A stretch of DNA of 39,646 bases from Enterobacteria phage IME10. Each line of letters opens with the position of its first letter. Position 1 is the stretch's first letter. This document shows, piece after piece, positions 17,680 to 29,731 of the stretch. Where the stretch lies: sequence record NC_019501.1, one strand, 5' to 3'. Both the position numbers and the translations under genes were made by a program. The notes below the pieces were generated by a model. It had not been told where the DNA came from, did not search any database, and saw nothing but the letters and a program-made list of their open reading frames with translations.

Positions 17680-17710
17680 TTTTTTTGCAAATCACAAAGT
17701 CAATTTAATG

Positions 17711-17735
17711 AGCCTCGCGATGCGGGGCTTTTTAT
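17711..17735 (+). terminator. Rho-independent terminator after the lysis cassette
   Basis: AGCCTCGC-GAT-GCGGGGCT hairpin followed by TTTTTATT. Confidence 0.5.
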
Positions 17736-17757
17736 TCCCAACTCTATAGGTAATTTT

Positions 17758-18258
17758 ATGACCCAGCATATTGGCGTAAAACTGATTAACGCCTTTCCGA
17801 TGACGAGACAGGCATATAACGATTTTCGTGGCTGGCAGCTTCCTGCCGGAGAAAACGGCGAGGACGAAGGCTATCTGGTTGAATATCTGGATGGCGGAAA
17901 ACCTAACACCGATCGCTTTGATGGCTACGTTAGCTGGAGTCCAAAAGAAGTATTCGAAAAGGCTTATCGTCAGGTATCAGGGCTAAGTTTCGGCCTTGCC
18001 ATCGAAGCACTCAAACTGGGTAAGAAAGTTACCCGTGCTGGCTGGAATGGGAAAGGCATGTATCTGCAATTAGTTCAGCCACCGCAATCAGCCACTCCGA
18101 ATGATTGGCGCTATGACGTTACATGTGGTGACGAGTATACATTTGTTCCTGGTGTAAAACTTCTTCCCTGGATTGGGATGAAGACTGCTGATTGTAAATT
18201 TGTTCCGTGGTTGGCGAGTCAGACTGATGTTCTGGCTGAAGACTGGCAAATCATTTAA
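17758..18258 (+). CDS. Accessory protein with a C-terminal DUF2829-like domain (candidate anti-defence)
   Basis: 166 aa. C-terminal half carries [17 protein letters not shown] ... [14 protein letters not shown], which I associate from memory with the small phage DUF2829 family. Sits in the accessory slot between Rz and terS. Confidence 0.5.
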   Translation: MTQHIGVKLINAFPMTRQAYNDFRGWQLPAGENGEDEGYLVEYLDGGKPNTDRFDGYVSWSPKEVFEKAYRQVSGLSFGLAIEALKLGKKVTRAGWNGKGMYLQLVQPPQSATPNDWRYDVTCGDEYTFVPGVKLLPWIGMKTADCKFVPWLASQTDVLAEDWQII

Positions 18259-18549
18259 CCATGTAGGCATTACAAAGCCCATCTACGGGTGGGCTTGATA
18301 ATGAAACCGTGATTTACATCCCCACAATCCGGGTATGTAAAAGATAGTTCAGGCGAGAACAGATTTAACTAAATCTGTGCACCACCAGTTACGGAAGTAC
18401 AGCGACACAACCCAAGCCAGTAAGTGGGGAAATAACACTGGCAGCCACTGAAAGATGAACCTCCAGCCTTATGGCAAAAAAGATTCTTTGTGGTGGCGGA
18501 CTGATGGAAAGACATCCTAATCAAGCAACCACGCCACAGGGGCATAATT

Positions 18550-18930
18550 ATGAACGACCAGCAAATCGAAAAAGAAATCGTTGAGAAAGGCAAAACCGCT
18601 CCGCGAGTTACCCCGCAGCACATCGAAGACGTGATTAAAAGCGAGCATTACTTTACTGCTTATGATGGACGAAATGGTGCCATTTCCAGCAACGAATATT
18701 GTGGCAGGGAAAAACCAGAAGAAGGCGATCGTGATTTATCACCATTGAAGTTGCTCAATTTCTGCGTACTGGTGCTGAAGAATGGCTTCACCGTCACCGG
18801 AGAGAGTGCCTGTGCAAGTCCGGAAAATTTTGATGCAGAAATTGGTCGGAAGATTGCCAGACAGAATGCTGTAAACAAAATCTGGATGCTCGAAGGTTAC
18901 TTGCTGAAGCAGAAGCTAAGCGAACAGTAG
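18550..18930 (+). CDS. Hypothetical accessory protein (126 aa)
   Basis: Track ORF preceded by about 290 bp of non-coding DNA containing a 9-2-9 palindrome; no confident homology. Confidence 0.45.
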   Translation: MNDQQIEKEIVEKGKTAPRVTPQHIEDVIKSEHYFTAYDGRNGAISSNEYCGREKPEEGDRDLSPLKLLNFCVLVLKNGFTVTGESACASPENFDAEIGRKIARQNAVNKIWMLEGYLLKQKLSEQ

Positions 18931-19033
18931 TTATTACAAAAGCCATTCCCTACAGAGTGGCTTTGATAATGGCTTATACCCTACACGGGATAACTTAACT
19001 GATATCCCTTTTAACGGATAAACGGAGCCAACA

Positions 19034-19276
19034 ATGGCAGAGATTACCCCCATGACTGAAGAACAGAAATTCCAGTTAGAGATTTACAAGCTGGTCATGA
19101 ACCAGAACGCAGCCGCAGAAGAAGCATTTCAATTCATTGGCACTGACGAGCTGAAGCTTGAGCTATTCAAAATTCACTTCCAGTCAGGCGGCGCTAATTC
19201 AGATATCACGATCCGCACATTCGAAGCGGTGCGTAAATCTAAGGAAGCGTTAGACCTGTTCACTACCGGAGCATGA
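19034..19276 (+). CDS. Hypothetical small protein (80 aa)
   Basis: Track ORF just upstream of terS. Confidence 0.4.
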   Translation: MAEITPMTEEQKFQLEIYKLVMNQNAAAEEAFQFIGTDELKLELFKIHFQSGGANSDITIRTFEAVRKSKEALDLFTTGA

Positions 19277-19311
19277 TGCTCAACCTGAAATAACAACTAA
19301 GTGAGATGAAT

Positions 19312-19800
19312 ATGGCAGCACCAAAGGGCAACCGATTTTGGGAGGCCCGCAGTAGTCATGGGCGAAATCCTAAATTCGAATCGCCTGAGGCGCTGTGGGC
19401 TGCTTGTTGTGAATACTTCGAGTGGGCTGATGATAACCCGCTATGGGAGGGTAAGGTATTTTCATATCAGGGAGAAATAATTAAGGCTAATGTCCCTAAG
19501 ATGCGAGCCATGACTATTTCAGGATTGTGCACCTTCCTTGATATCACCAGGCAAACATGGGGAACCTTCCGGTCAATGGAAGGTTTTTCTGACGTCACAT
19601 CACGAGCGGAAGACATCATCTACGACCAGAAATTCTCTGGCGCAGCCGCTGACCTTCTCAACGCTAACATCATCGCCCGTGATTTGGGCCTCAAAGAGCA
19701 GTCGCAAGTTGAAGACGTGACACCTGATAAGGGAGATCGCGATAAGCGACGCTCTCGTATCAAGGAGCTATTCAACCGTGGAACTGGACGCGATTCTTGA
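19312..19800 (+). CDS. Terminase small subunit (P22 gp3-like)
   Basis: [47 protein letters not shown]... matches P22 gp3 as remembered. Start set at the second ATG (19312). Confidence 0.9.
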   Translation: MAAPKGNRFWEARSSHGRNPKFESPEALWAACCEYFEWADDNPLWEGKVFSYQGEIIKANVPKMRAMTISGLCTFLDITRQTWGTFRSMEGFSDVTSRAEDIIYDQKFSGAAADLLNANIIARDLGLKEQSQVEDVTPDKGDRDKRRSRIKELFNRGTGRDS

Positions 19801-21277
19801 TAACCTGAGCGACGAAGAGCAAATCGAATTGCTCGAGCTACTCGAAGAAGAAGAGAACTACAGGAACACACACCTGCTATATGAATTTACGCCATACAGC
19901 AAACAGCGTGAGTTCATCGACGCCGGGCATGACTATCCAGAGCGCTGTTTTATGGCTGGTAACCAGCTTGGTAAGTCATTTACCGGTGCTGCCGAAGTCG
20001 CGTTTCACCTTACAGGGCGTTATCCGGGCACAAAAGGCTATCCTGCTGATGGTAAATATGGCGGTGAGTGGAAAGGTAAGCGTTTCTATGAGCCTGTTGT
20101 CTTCTGGATTGGCGGCGAGACAAACGAGACGGTAACCAAAACGACTCAACGCATCCTGTGCGGTCGTATCGAAGAGAATGACGAGCCAGGCTACGGTTCC
20201 ATACCGAAAGAAGACATCATTAGCTGGAAGAAGTCTCCTTTCTTTCCGAACCTTGTTGATCACCTTCTGGTTAAGCATCACACGGCTGATGGCGTTGAAG
20301 ATGGCATTTCAATCTGCTACTTCAAACCATACTCGCAAGGCCGTGCTCGATGGCAGGGTGACACAATCCACGGTGTGTGGTTTGACGAAGAACCACCATA
20401 CAGCATTTATGGTGAAGGCCTTACCCGTACCAACAAATACGGTCAATTCTCAATTCTGACGTTTACCCCGCTGATGGGGATGTCTGACGTTGTTACCAAG
20501 TTCCTGAAGAACCCCAGCAAGTCTCAGAAAGTGGTCAACATGACCATCTATGACGCTGAGCACTATACCGACGAGCAGAAAGAACAAATCATCGCATCCT
20601 ATCCAGAGCATGAGAGAGAGGCGCGTGCTCGAGGTATTCCTACGATGGGTAGCGGTCGAATCTTCCAGATACCGGAAGAGACGATTAAGTGTCAGCCGTT
20701 CGAGTGTCCTGATCACTTCTACGTAATTGGCGGGATGGATTTCGGATGGGATCACCCACAGGCGCAGGTTCAGCTTTGGTGGGATAAGGACGCAGACACA
20801 ATCTACGTTTCACGCGTGTGGAAGGCGAAAGAAAAAACAGCCGTTCAGGCGTGGGGAGCAGTTAAATCATGGGCGCATAAAGTGCCAACCGCATGGCCTC
20901 ATGACGGAAACCAGCACGAGAAGGGCGGCGGTGAGCAGCTTAAAGGGCAGTACGCGGAAGCTGGTTTTATGATGTTGCAGGAGCATGCGACATGGCCTGA
21001 TGGCGGTAATGCTGTTGAGCCTGGCATCACTGAATTGCGCGACATGATGCTTGATGGTCGCTTCAAAGTATTCAACACCTGTGAGCCATTCTTTGAGGAG
21101 TTCCGCCTCTATCACCGTGATGAAAACGGGAAAATCGTCAAGCTTAACGACGACGTGCTATCCGCCGTTCGCTATGCATACATGATGCGCCGCTTCGCAA
21201 AAATGATGCGCGACATCAAAAAACCAAAAGAGAAAAAGATACCAGCCCCAATCAGGCCCATCGCACGGAGAACTTAA
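19778..21277 (+). CDS. Terminase large subunit (P22 gp2-like)
   Basis: 499 aa, matching P22 gp2 length; ATPase N-terminal domain and nuclease C-terminal domain; overlaps the terS 3' end. Confidence 0.95.
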   Translation: MELDAILDNLSDEEQIELLELLEEEENYRNTHLLYEFTPYSKQREFIDAGHDYPERCFMAGNQLGKSFTGAAEVAFHLTGRYPGTKGYPADGKYGGEWKGKRFYEPVVFWIGGETNETVTKTTQRILCGRIEENDEPGYGSIPKEDIISWKKSPFFPNLVDHLLVKHHTADGVEDGISICYFKPYSQGRARWQGDTIHGVWFDEEPPYSIYGEGLTRTNKYGQFSILTFTPLMGMSDVVTKFLKNPSKSQKVVNMTIYDAEHYTDEQKEQIIASYPEHEREARARGIPTMGSGRIFQIPEETIKCQPFECPDHFYVIGGMDFGWDHPQAQVQLWWDKDADTIYVSRVWKAKEKTAVQAWGAVKSWAHKVPTAWPHDGNQHEKGGGEQLKGQYAEAGFMMLQEHATWPDGGNAVEPGITELRDMMLDGRFKVFNTCEPFFEEFRLYHRDENGKIVKLNDDVLSAVRYAYMMRRFAKMMRDIKKPKEKKIPAPIRPIARRT

Positions 21278-23443
21278 ATGGCCGACGAAAACAGACTCAA
21301 TTCCATTCTGTGTAAGTTTGACGCAGACTGGATGGCGAGCGATGAAGCCAGAACCGAGGCGACAAATGACCTGTATTTTAGCCGAGTGTCGCAATGGGAT
21401 GACTGGCTATCAAACTACACGACTCTGCAATATCGCGGACAATTCGATGTTGTTCGCCCGGTGGTCAGGAAACTGGTCGCAGAGATGCGCCGGAACCCTA
21501 TCGACGTTCTCTTCCGACCCAAAGACGGTGCTAATCCTGATGCAGCCGATGTGTTGATGGGGATGTATCGTACTGATATGCGCCATAACACGGCAAAGAT
21601 TGCCGTTAACGTTGGCGTTCGTGAGCAGATAGAGTCCGGCGTTGGTGCATGGCGTCTGGTCACGCAGTACGAAGACAACGACCCAACAAGCAACAATCAG
21701 GTAATCCGACGCCTGCCAATCCATGAAGCTTGCTCACACGTTATATGGGACGCCAACAGCAAGCAGATGGATAAGAGCGACGCTAAGCACTGCACGGTGA
21801 TTAACGCCTTGTCGCGCAATGGCTGGAAAGAGTTCGCAGAGGATTACGGTATTGACCCGGATACCTTGCCATCTTTCCAGAATCCTAACGATACATGGCT
21901 ATTCCCGTGGGTGTCGAATGATGTCGTCTACGTCGCTGAGTATTACGAGGTAGAAGAGAAGAAGGAGAAGGTCTTCATCTACCGCGACCCGCTGACAGGT
22001 GAGCCGGTCAGCTATTACCAGCAGGATATCAAAGACGTCATCGACGACCTGGCTAATCGTGGATTCATTAAGGTAGCAGAGCGCAAGTTGAAGCGTCGGC
22101 GTGTGTATAAGTCGATCATCACCTGCACGCAGATACTGAAAGACCGCGAGAAGATAGCCGGAGAGCATATTCCAATCGTTCCAGTGTATGGCGAATGGTC
22201 ATTCGCTGGTGACAAGGAGTGCTACGAAGGAGTGGTAAGGCTGACGAAAGACGGTCAACGCCTTCGTAACATGATCATGTCGTTCAACGCCGATATTGTT
22301 GCTCGTTCACCGAAGAAGAAACCGACCTTCTTCCCTGAGCAAATCGAAGGCTACGAATACATGTACGGTGGAAATGATGACTATCCGTACTATCTGCAGA
22401 ACAGGACCGATGAAAACGGTAACGACCTGCCGATTGGTCCAATCTCCTACATGGAAAACCCTGAAGTGCCGCAAGCCAACGCTTACATGCTTGAGGCTGC
22501 CACCAACGCAGTGAAAGAGGTGGCTAGTCTTGGTGTGGATGCGCAGGCAGCAAACTCTCAGGTCGCTTTCGATACCGTCAATCAACTGAACATGCGGGCA
22601 GACCTTGAGACATACGTGTTTCAGGATAACCTTGCTACCGCAATGCGACGTGATGGCGAGATTTATGCCTCAATGGTCAATGATATTTATGACGTTCCTC
22701 GTCATGTAACGCTGACACTTGAAGATGGTAGCGAGAAAGACGTTCAACTCTACGCGCAAGTTGTAGATTACCAGTCCGGTAATGTGGTCACACTCAACGA
22801 CATTCGCGGTCGCTATGAGTGCTATACCGACGTTGGACCATCCTTCCAGAGTATGAAGGAACAGAACCGCGCAGAGATTCAGGAGTTACTCACCAAGGTT
22901 CCGCAAGGTACTCCAGAGTTCCAGATGCTGATGTTGCAATATTTCACGCTGCTTGACGGTAAAGGCGTCGAGATGATGCGAGAGTACGCGAACAAGCAAC
23001 TGGTGATGATGGGGCTGAAGAAACCAGAAACACCTGAAGAGATGGAGATGGTGCAACAGGCGCAACAGCAGCCGCAGCAGCCATCAGCAGAGCAAATTCA
23101 GGCGCAGGGTATCCTTCTGCAAGGTCAGGCTGAATTGATCAAGGCAGAGAACCAACAGGCGCAGATTCAGGTTGAAGCCGCCAAGGTTGAAGCCCAAAAC
23201 CAACTCAACGCCGCGAAGATTGCAGAAATCTTCAACAATATGGACCTCGACAAGCAGGCAGAACTGCGTGAGTACCTCAAGCTCGTAGGTCAATTCCAGC
23301 AACAGCGCAGCAAAGATGCTCGTGCTAACGCTGAGCTGCTTCTTAAAGATGCAGACCAGACTCATTCACAACGCATGGATTTCGCGAATCTTATGCGTCA
23401 AGTTCAAATCCCCTCCGGCGGAGTAGCCGAGACACCTCAATAA
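21278..23443 (+). CDS. Portal protein (P22 gp1-like)
   Basis: 721 aa, P22 portal-like throughout, including the Gln-rich C-terminal barrel. Confidence 0.95.
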   Translation: MADENRLNSILCKFDADWMASDEARTEATNDLYFSRVSQWDDWLSNYTTLQYRGQFDVVRPVVRKLVAEMRRNPIDVLFRPKDGANPDAADVLMGMYRTDMRHNTAKIAVNVGVREQIESGVGAWRLVTQYEDNDPTSNNQVIRRLPIHEACSHVIWDANSKQMDKSDAKHCTVINALSRNGWKEFAEDYGIDPDTLPSFQNPNDTWLFPWVSNDVVYVAEYYEVEEKKEKVFIYRDPLTGEPVSYYQQDIKDVIDDLANRGFIKVAERKLKRRRVYKSIITCTQILKDREKIAGEHIPIVPVYGEWSFAGDKECYEGVVRLTKDGQRLRNMIMSFNADIVARSPKKKPTFFPEQIEGYEYMYGGNDDYPYYLQNRTDENGNDLPIGPISYMENPEVPQANAYMLEAATNAVKEVASLGVDAQAANSQVAFDTVNQLNMRADLETYVFQDNLATAMRRDGEIYASMVNDIYDVPRHVTLTLEDGSEKDVQLYAQVVDYQSGNVVTLNDIRGRYECYTDVGPSFQSMKEQNRAEIQELLTKVPQGTPEFQMLMLQYFTLLDGKGVEMMREYANKQLVMMGLKKPETPEEMEMVQQAQQQPQQPSAEQIQAQGILLQGQAELIKAENQQAQIQVEAAKVEAQNQLNAAKIAEIFNNMDLDKQAELREYLKLVGQFQQQRSKDARANAELLLKDADQTHSQRMDFANLMRQVQIPSGGVAETPQ

Positions 23444-23456
23444 GAGAGAGTTAACC

Positions 23457-24368
23457 ATGGACCAAACCACCGACATTCAGGCTTCTGAAGAATTAACCCT
23501 GCCCGGCAATCATGCAGCGGCATCTGCTGATGGCTTAGTTGTCGATAATGCCAACGACAGCGCAGGTCAGGAAGAAGGCTTTGAGATTGTCCTGAAAGAC
23601 GATGAGAAACCAAAACAAGACCCGGCAACTAATGCTGAATTTGCCCGTCGCCGCATCGAACGCAAACGCCAGCGTGAGCTTGAGCAGCAGATGGAAGCGG
23701 TTAAGCGTGGAGAGTTGCCGGAGCACCTGCGGGTGAACCCTGAGTTACCAAAACAACCAGACCCTAACGATTATCTTTCCGAAGATGCACTGGCTAAGTA
23801 CGACTATGACCAGAGCCGCGCACTGGCTGCCTTCCAGCAGGCAAACAGTGAATGGCAGATCAAGGCCATGGACGCACGAAGCCAGGCTGTCGCCGAGCAG
23901 GGTCGCAAAACTCAGGAGTTCACCCAGCAATCAGCGCAATACGTCGAGGCAGCCCGTAAGCACTACGACGCAGCGGAAAAGCTCAATATCCCTGACTATC
24001 AGGAGAAAGAGGATGCATTCATGCAACTGGTGCCGCCAGCAGTCGGTGCCGACATCATGCGCCTCTTCCCGGAGAAATCCGCTGCTCTCATGTATCACCT
24101 TGGTGCTAATCCTGAGAAAACACGCCAGTTACTGGCGATGGACGGGCAATCCGCGCTGATTGAACTCACTCGACTGTCAGAACGTTTAACTCTCAAGCCT
24201 CGAGCCAAGTCTGTTTCAGAAGCCCCGTTACCTGATGAACCCATTCAGGGACACGCTGTTGCTGCAAATATCTCTGCGATTGAAAAGCAGATGGAAGCGG
24301 CAGCAAACAAAGGTGATGTAGAGACGTACCGCAAGCTTAAGGCGCAACTGAATAAAGGAATTCGATAA
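23457..24368 (+). CDS. Scaffolding protein (P22 gp8-like)
   Basis: 303 aa, acidic and helical; position and length match P22 gp8. Confidence 0.9.
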   Translation: MDQTTDIQASEELTLPGNHAAASADGLVVDNANDSAGQEEGFEIVLKDDEKPKQDPATNAEFARRRIERKRQRELEQQMEAVKRGELPEHLRVNPELPKQPDPNDYLSEDALAKYDYDQSRALAAFQQANSEWQIKAMDARSQAVAEQGRKTQEFTQQSAQYVEAARKHYDAAEKLNIPDYQEKEDAFMQLVPPAVGADIMRLFPEKSAALMYHLGANPEKTRQLLAMDGQSALIELTRLSERLTLKPRAKSVSEAPLPDEPIQGHAVAANISAIEKQMEAAANKGDVETYRKLKAQLNKGIR

Positions 24369-25663
24369 TGGCATTAAATGAAGGTCAACTGGTCACATAT
24401 GCTCTGGATGAAATCATCGAAACCGTCCAGAACCTGACGCCAATGGCGTCCAAAGTGACAAAATACACCCCTCCGGCAGAATCCATGCAACGTTCAAGCA
24501 ACACCGTGTGGATGCCTGTTGAGCAGGAAGCGCCAACTCAGACAGGCTGGAATTTAACTGGCAACGCAACCGGGATTCTGGAACTCTCCGTGAAATGCAA
24601 CATGGGCGATCCGGATAACGATTTCTTCGAGCTTCGTGCAGATGACCTGCGTGATGAGCGTTCTTACCGTCGCCGCATCCAGGCATCCGCCAAAAAACTG
24701 GCGAATAACATTGAGTCAGCAATTGCCAAACAGGCAACCGAAATGGGCTCACTTGTTGTTCACGATACCCGCGCAATTGGTCCATCTACTGGCCTGTCTG
24801 GCTGGGATTTTGTGTCTGATGCAGAGCGCCTGATGTTCTCCCGTGAGCTAAACCGCGATATGGGCATCAGTTACTTCCTGAACCCTGACGATTACCGCAA
24901 AGCAGGCCGCAACCTGGTAGATGGTGACATCTTCGGGCGCGTTACTGAAGACGCGTATCGCAACGGTACTATTCAGCGTCAGATTGCTGGCTTTGATGAA
25001 ATTCTTCGCTCACCGAAACTTCCGGCAGTTACCAAGTCAACCGCTACTGGTGTAACTGTTTCTGGTGCGCAGAAGTTTAAGCCGCAGGCATACACCCTTG
25101 ATACCGATGGTAACAAAGAGAACGTCGACAACCGTGTTGCAACGGTGACCGTATCCTCCACCACCGGATTTAAGCGCGGCGACAAAATCAGCTTCACTGG
25201 TGTGAAATTCCTGTCTCAGATGGCGAAGAACGTGCTGACTGATGATGCTACTTTCTCAATCACCCGAGTGATCGATAGTACTCACATCGAAATCACGCCG
25301 AAGCCGATTGCGCTGGATGACGCGTCACTGACAAAAGAAGAGAAGGCTTACGCTAACGTAAACACCTCTCTTGCTGATAACACTCCGGTAAACGTTCTGA
25401 ACGTGGCAACAACCACTGCTAACGTGTTCTGGGCTGATGACTCAATCCGCCTGCTGTCTCAGCCGATTCCGGTAACCCATGAACTGTTTGCTGGCATGAA
25501 AACTTCTTCCTTCAGCATTCCAGGTATTGGTGTTAACGGCATCTTCGCAACGCAGGGTGATATCAACACTCTGTCTGGTAAGTGCCGTATTGCTGTGTGG
25601 TATTCAGCATGTGCTGTACGACCAGAGGCAATTGGCGTTGGTCTGCCTAACCAGACTGCGTGA
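24368..25663 (+). CDS. Major capsid (coat) protein (P22 gp5-like)
   Basis: 431 aa, [21 protein letters not shown]..., P22 coat-like. Confidence 0.95.
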   Translation: MALNEGQLVTYALDEIIETVQNLTPMASKVTKYTPPAESMQRSSNTVWMPVEQEAPTQTGWNLTGNATGILELSVKCNMGDPDNDFFELRADDLRDERSYRRRIQASAKKLANNIESAIAKQATEMGSLVVHDTRAIGPSTGLSGWDFVSDAERLMFSRELNRDMGISYFLNPDDYRKAGRNLVDGDIFGRVTEDAYRNGTIQRQIAGFDEILRSPKLPAVTKSTATGVTVSGAQKFKPQAYTLDTDGNKENVDNRVATVTVSSTTGFKRGDKISFTGVKFLSQMAKNVLTDDATFSITRVIDSTHIEITPKPIALDDASLTKEEKAYANVNTSLADNTPVNVLNVATTTANVFWADDSIRLLSQPIPVTHELFAGMKTSSFSIPGIGVNGIFATQGDINTLSGKCRIAVWYSACAVRPEAIGVGLPNQTA

Positions 25664-25670
25664 TAACCAG

Positions 25671-25694
25671 AGGGAGCTTCGGCTCCCTTTTTTA
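25671..25694 (+). terminator. Rho-independent terminator immediately after the coat gene
   Basis: GGGAGC-TTCG-GCTCCC hairpin followed by TTTTTTAT. Confidence 0.65.
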
Positions 25695-25707
25695 TCTGGA
25701 GACAAAC

Positions 25708-25951
<244 letters not shown>

Positions 25952-25974
<23 letters not shown>

Positions 25975-26452
25975 TTTAGTTCTTGCGGCATTACGTAAGC
26001 TCGGTGTGGCATCAAATGCCACGTTAACCGATGTCGAACCGCAGTCTATGGAAGACGGCGTCAACGACCTTGAAATGATGATGGCTGAATGGCTTGGCGG
26101 TGATGTGTCACCTGGTATCAACGTTGGCTACATTTTCGCTGATGCAGATGTCGCTCCGGATCCGGGCGATGAGCACGGTTTATCAAATAACGCTATCAAT
26201 GCTGTCATTTTCAACCTTGCCTGCCGCATTGCACCGGATTATGCGCTGGAAGCGTCTGCAAAACTTATAACCACTGCCAGATACGGGAAAGAGCGACTCG
26301 TCAAACTGTCTGCAATGGACAGAGCAAAAGCTGCTAAATGTAAGTCCGGTTATCCAAACCGTATGCCTGTTGGTAGCGGTAATCAGTTGGCGAAGTGGAA
26401 CGGTTGGAATTACTTCCACCGAAAGGAACCTTGCGATAACGGGAGCGAATAA
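25952..26452 (+). CDS. Head completion / portal-associated protein (P22 gp4-like)
   Basis: Track ORF 25847..26452 trimmed to the ATG at 25952. [33 protein letters not shown]... matches gp4 as remembered. Confidence 0.85.
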
Positions 26453-27871
26453 ATGCCGATTCAGCAACTTCCGCTTATGAAAGGTGTCGGCAAAGACTTT
26501 CGAAACGCTGACTATATCGACTATCTGCCAGTGAATATGTTGGCTACACCAAAAGAAATCCTTAACAGCAGCGGATATCTTCGCTCATTCCCGGGCATTG
26601 CCAAACGTTCTGATGTGAACGGCGTATCGCGCGGCGTCGATTACAACATGGCGCAGAATGCTGTTTATCGTGTGTGTGGTGGCAAGCTGTACAAAGGAGA
26701 AAGTGAAGTCGGTGACGTCGCCGGAAGTGGTCGCGTATCAATGGCGCATGGGCGGACATCACAGGCGGTAGGCGTTAATGGTCAACTGGTCGAACACCGC
26801 TATGATGGCACGGTTAAAACCGTCTCAAACTGGCCTACGGACAGCGGATTCACGCAGTATGAGTTAGGTTCTGTTCGTGACATTACGCGCTTACGTGGGC
26901 GTTATGCGTGGTCAAAAGACGGTACTGATTCATGGTTTATCACTGACCTTGAAGACGAATCACATCCTGACCGATACAGCGCACAATATCGTGCCGAGTC
27001 GCAGCCTGACGGCATCATCGGAATCGGAACATGGCGAGACTTCATCGTCTGCTTTGGTTCATCGACGATTGAGTATTTTTCCCTGACTGGCGCAACCACC
27101 GTTGGTGCCGCTTTGTATGTCGCACAGCCATCACTGATGGTGCAAAAAGGCATCGCCGGGACTTACTGCAAAACGCCATTCGCTGATTCTTATGCGTTCA
27201 TCAGCAATCCGGCAACAGGTGCTCCGTCTGTATACATCATCGGATCCGGTCAGGTTTCACCAATCGCCAGCGCGAGCATTGAGAAAATCCTCCGCTCCTA
27301 CACTGCTGATGAACTGGCTGATGGTGTGATGGAATCGCTGAGATTTGATGCTCATGAGTTGCTGATTATCCACCTTCCGCGCCATGTTCTCGTGTACGAC
27401 GCATCTTCAAGCGCCAATGGTCCGCAATGGTGTGTGTTGAAAACTGGCTTGTATGACGATGTGTACCGCGCTATCGACTTCATTTACGAAGGCAATCAGA
27501 TAACGTGCGGAGATAAGCTGGAATCGGTTACCGGCAAATTGCAGTTCGATATCAGCAGCCAGTACGACAAGCAGCAGGAACACCTGCTGTTTACTCCGTT
27601 GTTCAAAGCGGATAACGCCAGAGTTTTCGACCTTGAGGTTGAATCGTCAACTGGCGTTGCGCAGTACGCCGACCGCCTGTTCCTCTCTGCAACCACTGAC
27701 GGCATAAATTACGGTCGTGAGCAGATGATTGAGCAGAATGAACCGTTCGTTTACGACAAGCGTGTTTTGTGGAAGCGAGTCGGGCGCATCAGGAAAAATG
27801 TCGGCTTCAAATTGCGAGTTATCACGAAGTCACCTGTCACTCTGTCAGGCTGCCAGATAAGGATTGAGTAA
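26453..27871 (+). CDS. Tail accessory/hub protein (P22 gp10-like)
   Basis: 472 aa, same length and position as P22 gp10. Confidence 0.85.
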   Translation: MPIQQLPLMKGVGKDFRNADYIDYLPVNMLATPKEILNSSGYLRSFPGIAKRSDVNGVSRGVDYNMAQNAVYRVCGGKLYKGESEVGDVAGSGRVSMAHGRTSQAVGVNGQLVEHRYDGTVKTVSNWPTDSGFTQYELGSVRDITRLRGRYAWSKDGTDSWFITDLEDESHPDRYSAQYRAESQPDGIIGIGTWRDFIVCFGSSTIEYFSLTGATTVGAALYVAQPSLMVQKGIAGTYCKTPFADSYAFISNPATGAPSVYIIGSGQVSPIASASIEKILRSYTADELADGVMESLRFDAHELLIIHLPRHVLVYDASSSANGPQWCVLKTGLYDDVYRAIDFIYEGNQITCGDKLESVTGKLQFDISSQYDKQQEHLLFTPLFKADNARVFDLEVESSTGVAQYADRLFLSATTDGINYGREQMIEQNEPFVYDKRVLWKRVGRIRKNVGFKLRVITKSPVTLSGCQIRIE

Positions 27872-28572
27872 TGGTTGATTCATCACTGAATGATCCTGTT
27901 GTGGTTCAGGCTACGCGCCTTGATGCTTCAATTTTGCCACGCAATATATTCAGCCAGTCTTACCTACTATATGTCATAAATCAGGGAGCTGATGTCGGTG
28001 CAATTGCTGGGAAGGCAAATCAGGCTGGCCAGGGCGCTTACGATGCTCAGGTGAAAAACGATGAACAGGACGTCGAACTGGCAGATCACGATGCAAGAAT
28101 CACCGCAAACACAAAAGCGATAAATCTCCTTGAGGTCAGGTTAACAACTGCCGAAGGGAAGATAGTCGTACTGCGTAGCGATGTTGATTACTTGCTGGAT
28201 GAGGTTATCGATATTCAGGCGCATCTGGTCACTGTTGACCAAAGACTGGATGACGTAGAAAACGATGTCTCTGGCATTAAGAGTGATTACGTATCGAAAA
28301 CCGTAACAGAATCGCAGTCTCTTGCGTCACCGCTGGATGTAAAAACATCATATTCAGTTGATGGAATTCAGGTCGTTGGAGCAAGGCAGACCGGATGGAC
28401 AGCGGCCACAGGCACACCACTTCTTGGCTCATTCAACGCTAACCAGTCATACACGGTCGGCACTACGTACACACAATCCGAAGTCGCAGCTCTCGCTACA
28501 GGTTTGCAGCAGGCGCGGCAGCGTATTCTGGCGCTTGAAACAGCACTTAGATTACATGGGCTGATTGACTGA
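27871..28572 (+). CDS. Tail needle protein (P22 gp26-like)
   Basis: 233 aa with a coiled-coil trimer-like sequence; conserved N-terminus [25 protein letters not shown]. Confidence 0.85.
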   Translation: MVDSSLNDPVVVQATRLDASILPRNIFSQSYLLYVINQGADVGAIAGKANQAGQGAYDAQVKNDEQDVELADHDARITANTKAINLLEVRLTTAEGKIVVLRSDVDYLLDEVIDIQAHLVTVDQRLDDVENDVSGIKSDYVSKTVTESQSLASPLDVKTSYSVDGIQVVGARQTGWTAATGTPLLGSFNANQSYTVGTTYTQSEVAALATGLQQARQRILALETALRLHGLID

Positions 28573-29027
28573 TGATTACATTCAAACCAACGCGAAACAT
28601 CGACCTGATAGAAGCAGTCGGAAATCACCCTGACATTATTGCCGGGAGCAACAACGGTGATGGATACGACTACAAGCCTGAATGCCGTTACTTTGAGGTT
28701 AACGTGCACGGTCAGTTTGGCGGCATTGTTTACTATCAGGAGATTCAGCCGCTGACATTCGATTGCCACGCCATGTACCTGCCAGAGATTCGCGGCTTCA
28801 GCAAGGAAATCGGGCTGGCGTTCTGGCGATACATTCTGACTAACACCACCGTTCAGTGCGTCACATCGTTCGCTGCGCGCAAATTCCGCCACGGTCAGAT
28901 GTACTGCGCAATGATTGGCCTTAAGCGTGTAGGAACCATCAAGAAATACTTCAAAGGCGTGGATGACGTGACGTTTTACAGCGCCACACGCGAAGAACTA
29001 ATCGAATTCCTGAATCACGGGAGATAG
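28572..29027 (+). CDS. Virion assembly protein (P22 gp14-like)
   Basis: 151 aa in the gp14 position between the needle and the ejection proteins; assignment by synteny. Confidence 0.55.
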   Translation: MITFKPTRNIDLIEAVGNHPDIIAGSNNGDGYDYKPECRYFEVNVHGQFGGIVYYQEIQPLTFDCHAMYLPEIRGFSKEIGLAFWRYILTNTTVQCVTSFAARKFRHGQMYCAMIGLKRVGTIKKYFKGVDDVTFYSATREELIEFLNHGR

Positions 29028-29029
29028 CC

Positions 29030-29722
29030 ATGTTATATGCATTTAAGCTGGGCAGAAAACTGCGCGGCGAGGAACCTTATTGCCCTGAAAAAGGCGGGAA
29101 AGGTGGCAGCTCTGATAAAAGCGCAAAGTATGCAGCAGAAGCTCAGAAGTATGCCGCAGACCTGCAAAATCAGCAGTGGCAGACGATCATGAAAAACCTT
29201 GCTCCGTTCACGCCTCTTGCGGAGCAGTATGTTAACCAGCTTCAGAACCTTTCCAGTTTAGAAGGTCAGGGGCAGGCACTTAATCAGTATTACAACTCTC
29301 AGCAGTATAAAGACCTTGCAGGTCAGGCTCGTTACCAGAGTCTTGCTGCTGCGGAGGCGACGGGGGGACTTGGTTCGACAGCCACAAGCAATCAACTGGC
29401 TACGATCGCGCCGACTCTCGGTCAGTCTTGGTTATCAAACCAGATGAGCAATTACAACAATCTGGCAAACGTTGGTCTTGGTGCTCTGCAAGGTCAGGCA
29501 AACGCTGGGCAGACATACGCCAACAACATGAGCAGCATTGCACAGCAAAGTGCAGCACTTGCCGCTGCTAATGCCAATAAACCATCAAGTCTTCAGACTG
29601 CAATTAGCGGTGGCACGTCTGGTGCGATTGCCGGTGCAGGTCTTGCCAGTCTTTTGGGAACATCAACGCCTTGGGGCGCTGGCATTGGTGCTGGTATCGG
29701 ATTGCTTGGCTCGTTGTTTTAA
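29030..29722 (+). CDS. Ejection (internal virion) protein, gp7-like
   Basis: 230 aa, Gln/Ala/Gly-rich, C-terminal hydrophobic Gly-rich segment; synteny with P22 gene 7. Confidence 0.7.
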   Translation: MLYAFKLGRKLRGEEPYCPEKGGKGGSSDKSAKYAAEAQKYAADLQNQQWQTIMKNLAPFTPLAEQYVNQLQNLSSLEGQGQALNQYYNSQQYKDLAGQARYQSLAAAEATGGLGSTATSNQLATIAPTLGQSWLSNQMSNYNNLANVGLGALQGQANAGQTYANNMSSIAQQSAALAAANANKPSSLQTAISGGTSGAIAGAGLASLLGTSTPWGAGIGAGIGLLGSLF

Positions 29723-29731
29723 GGGGTAATC

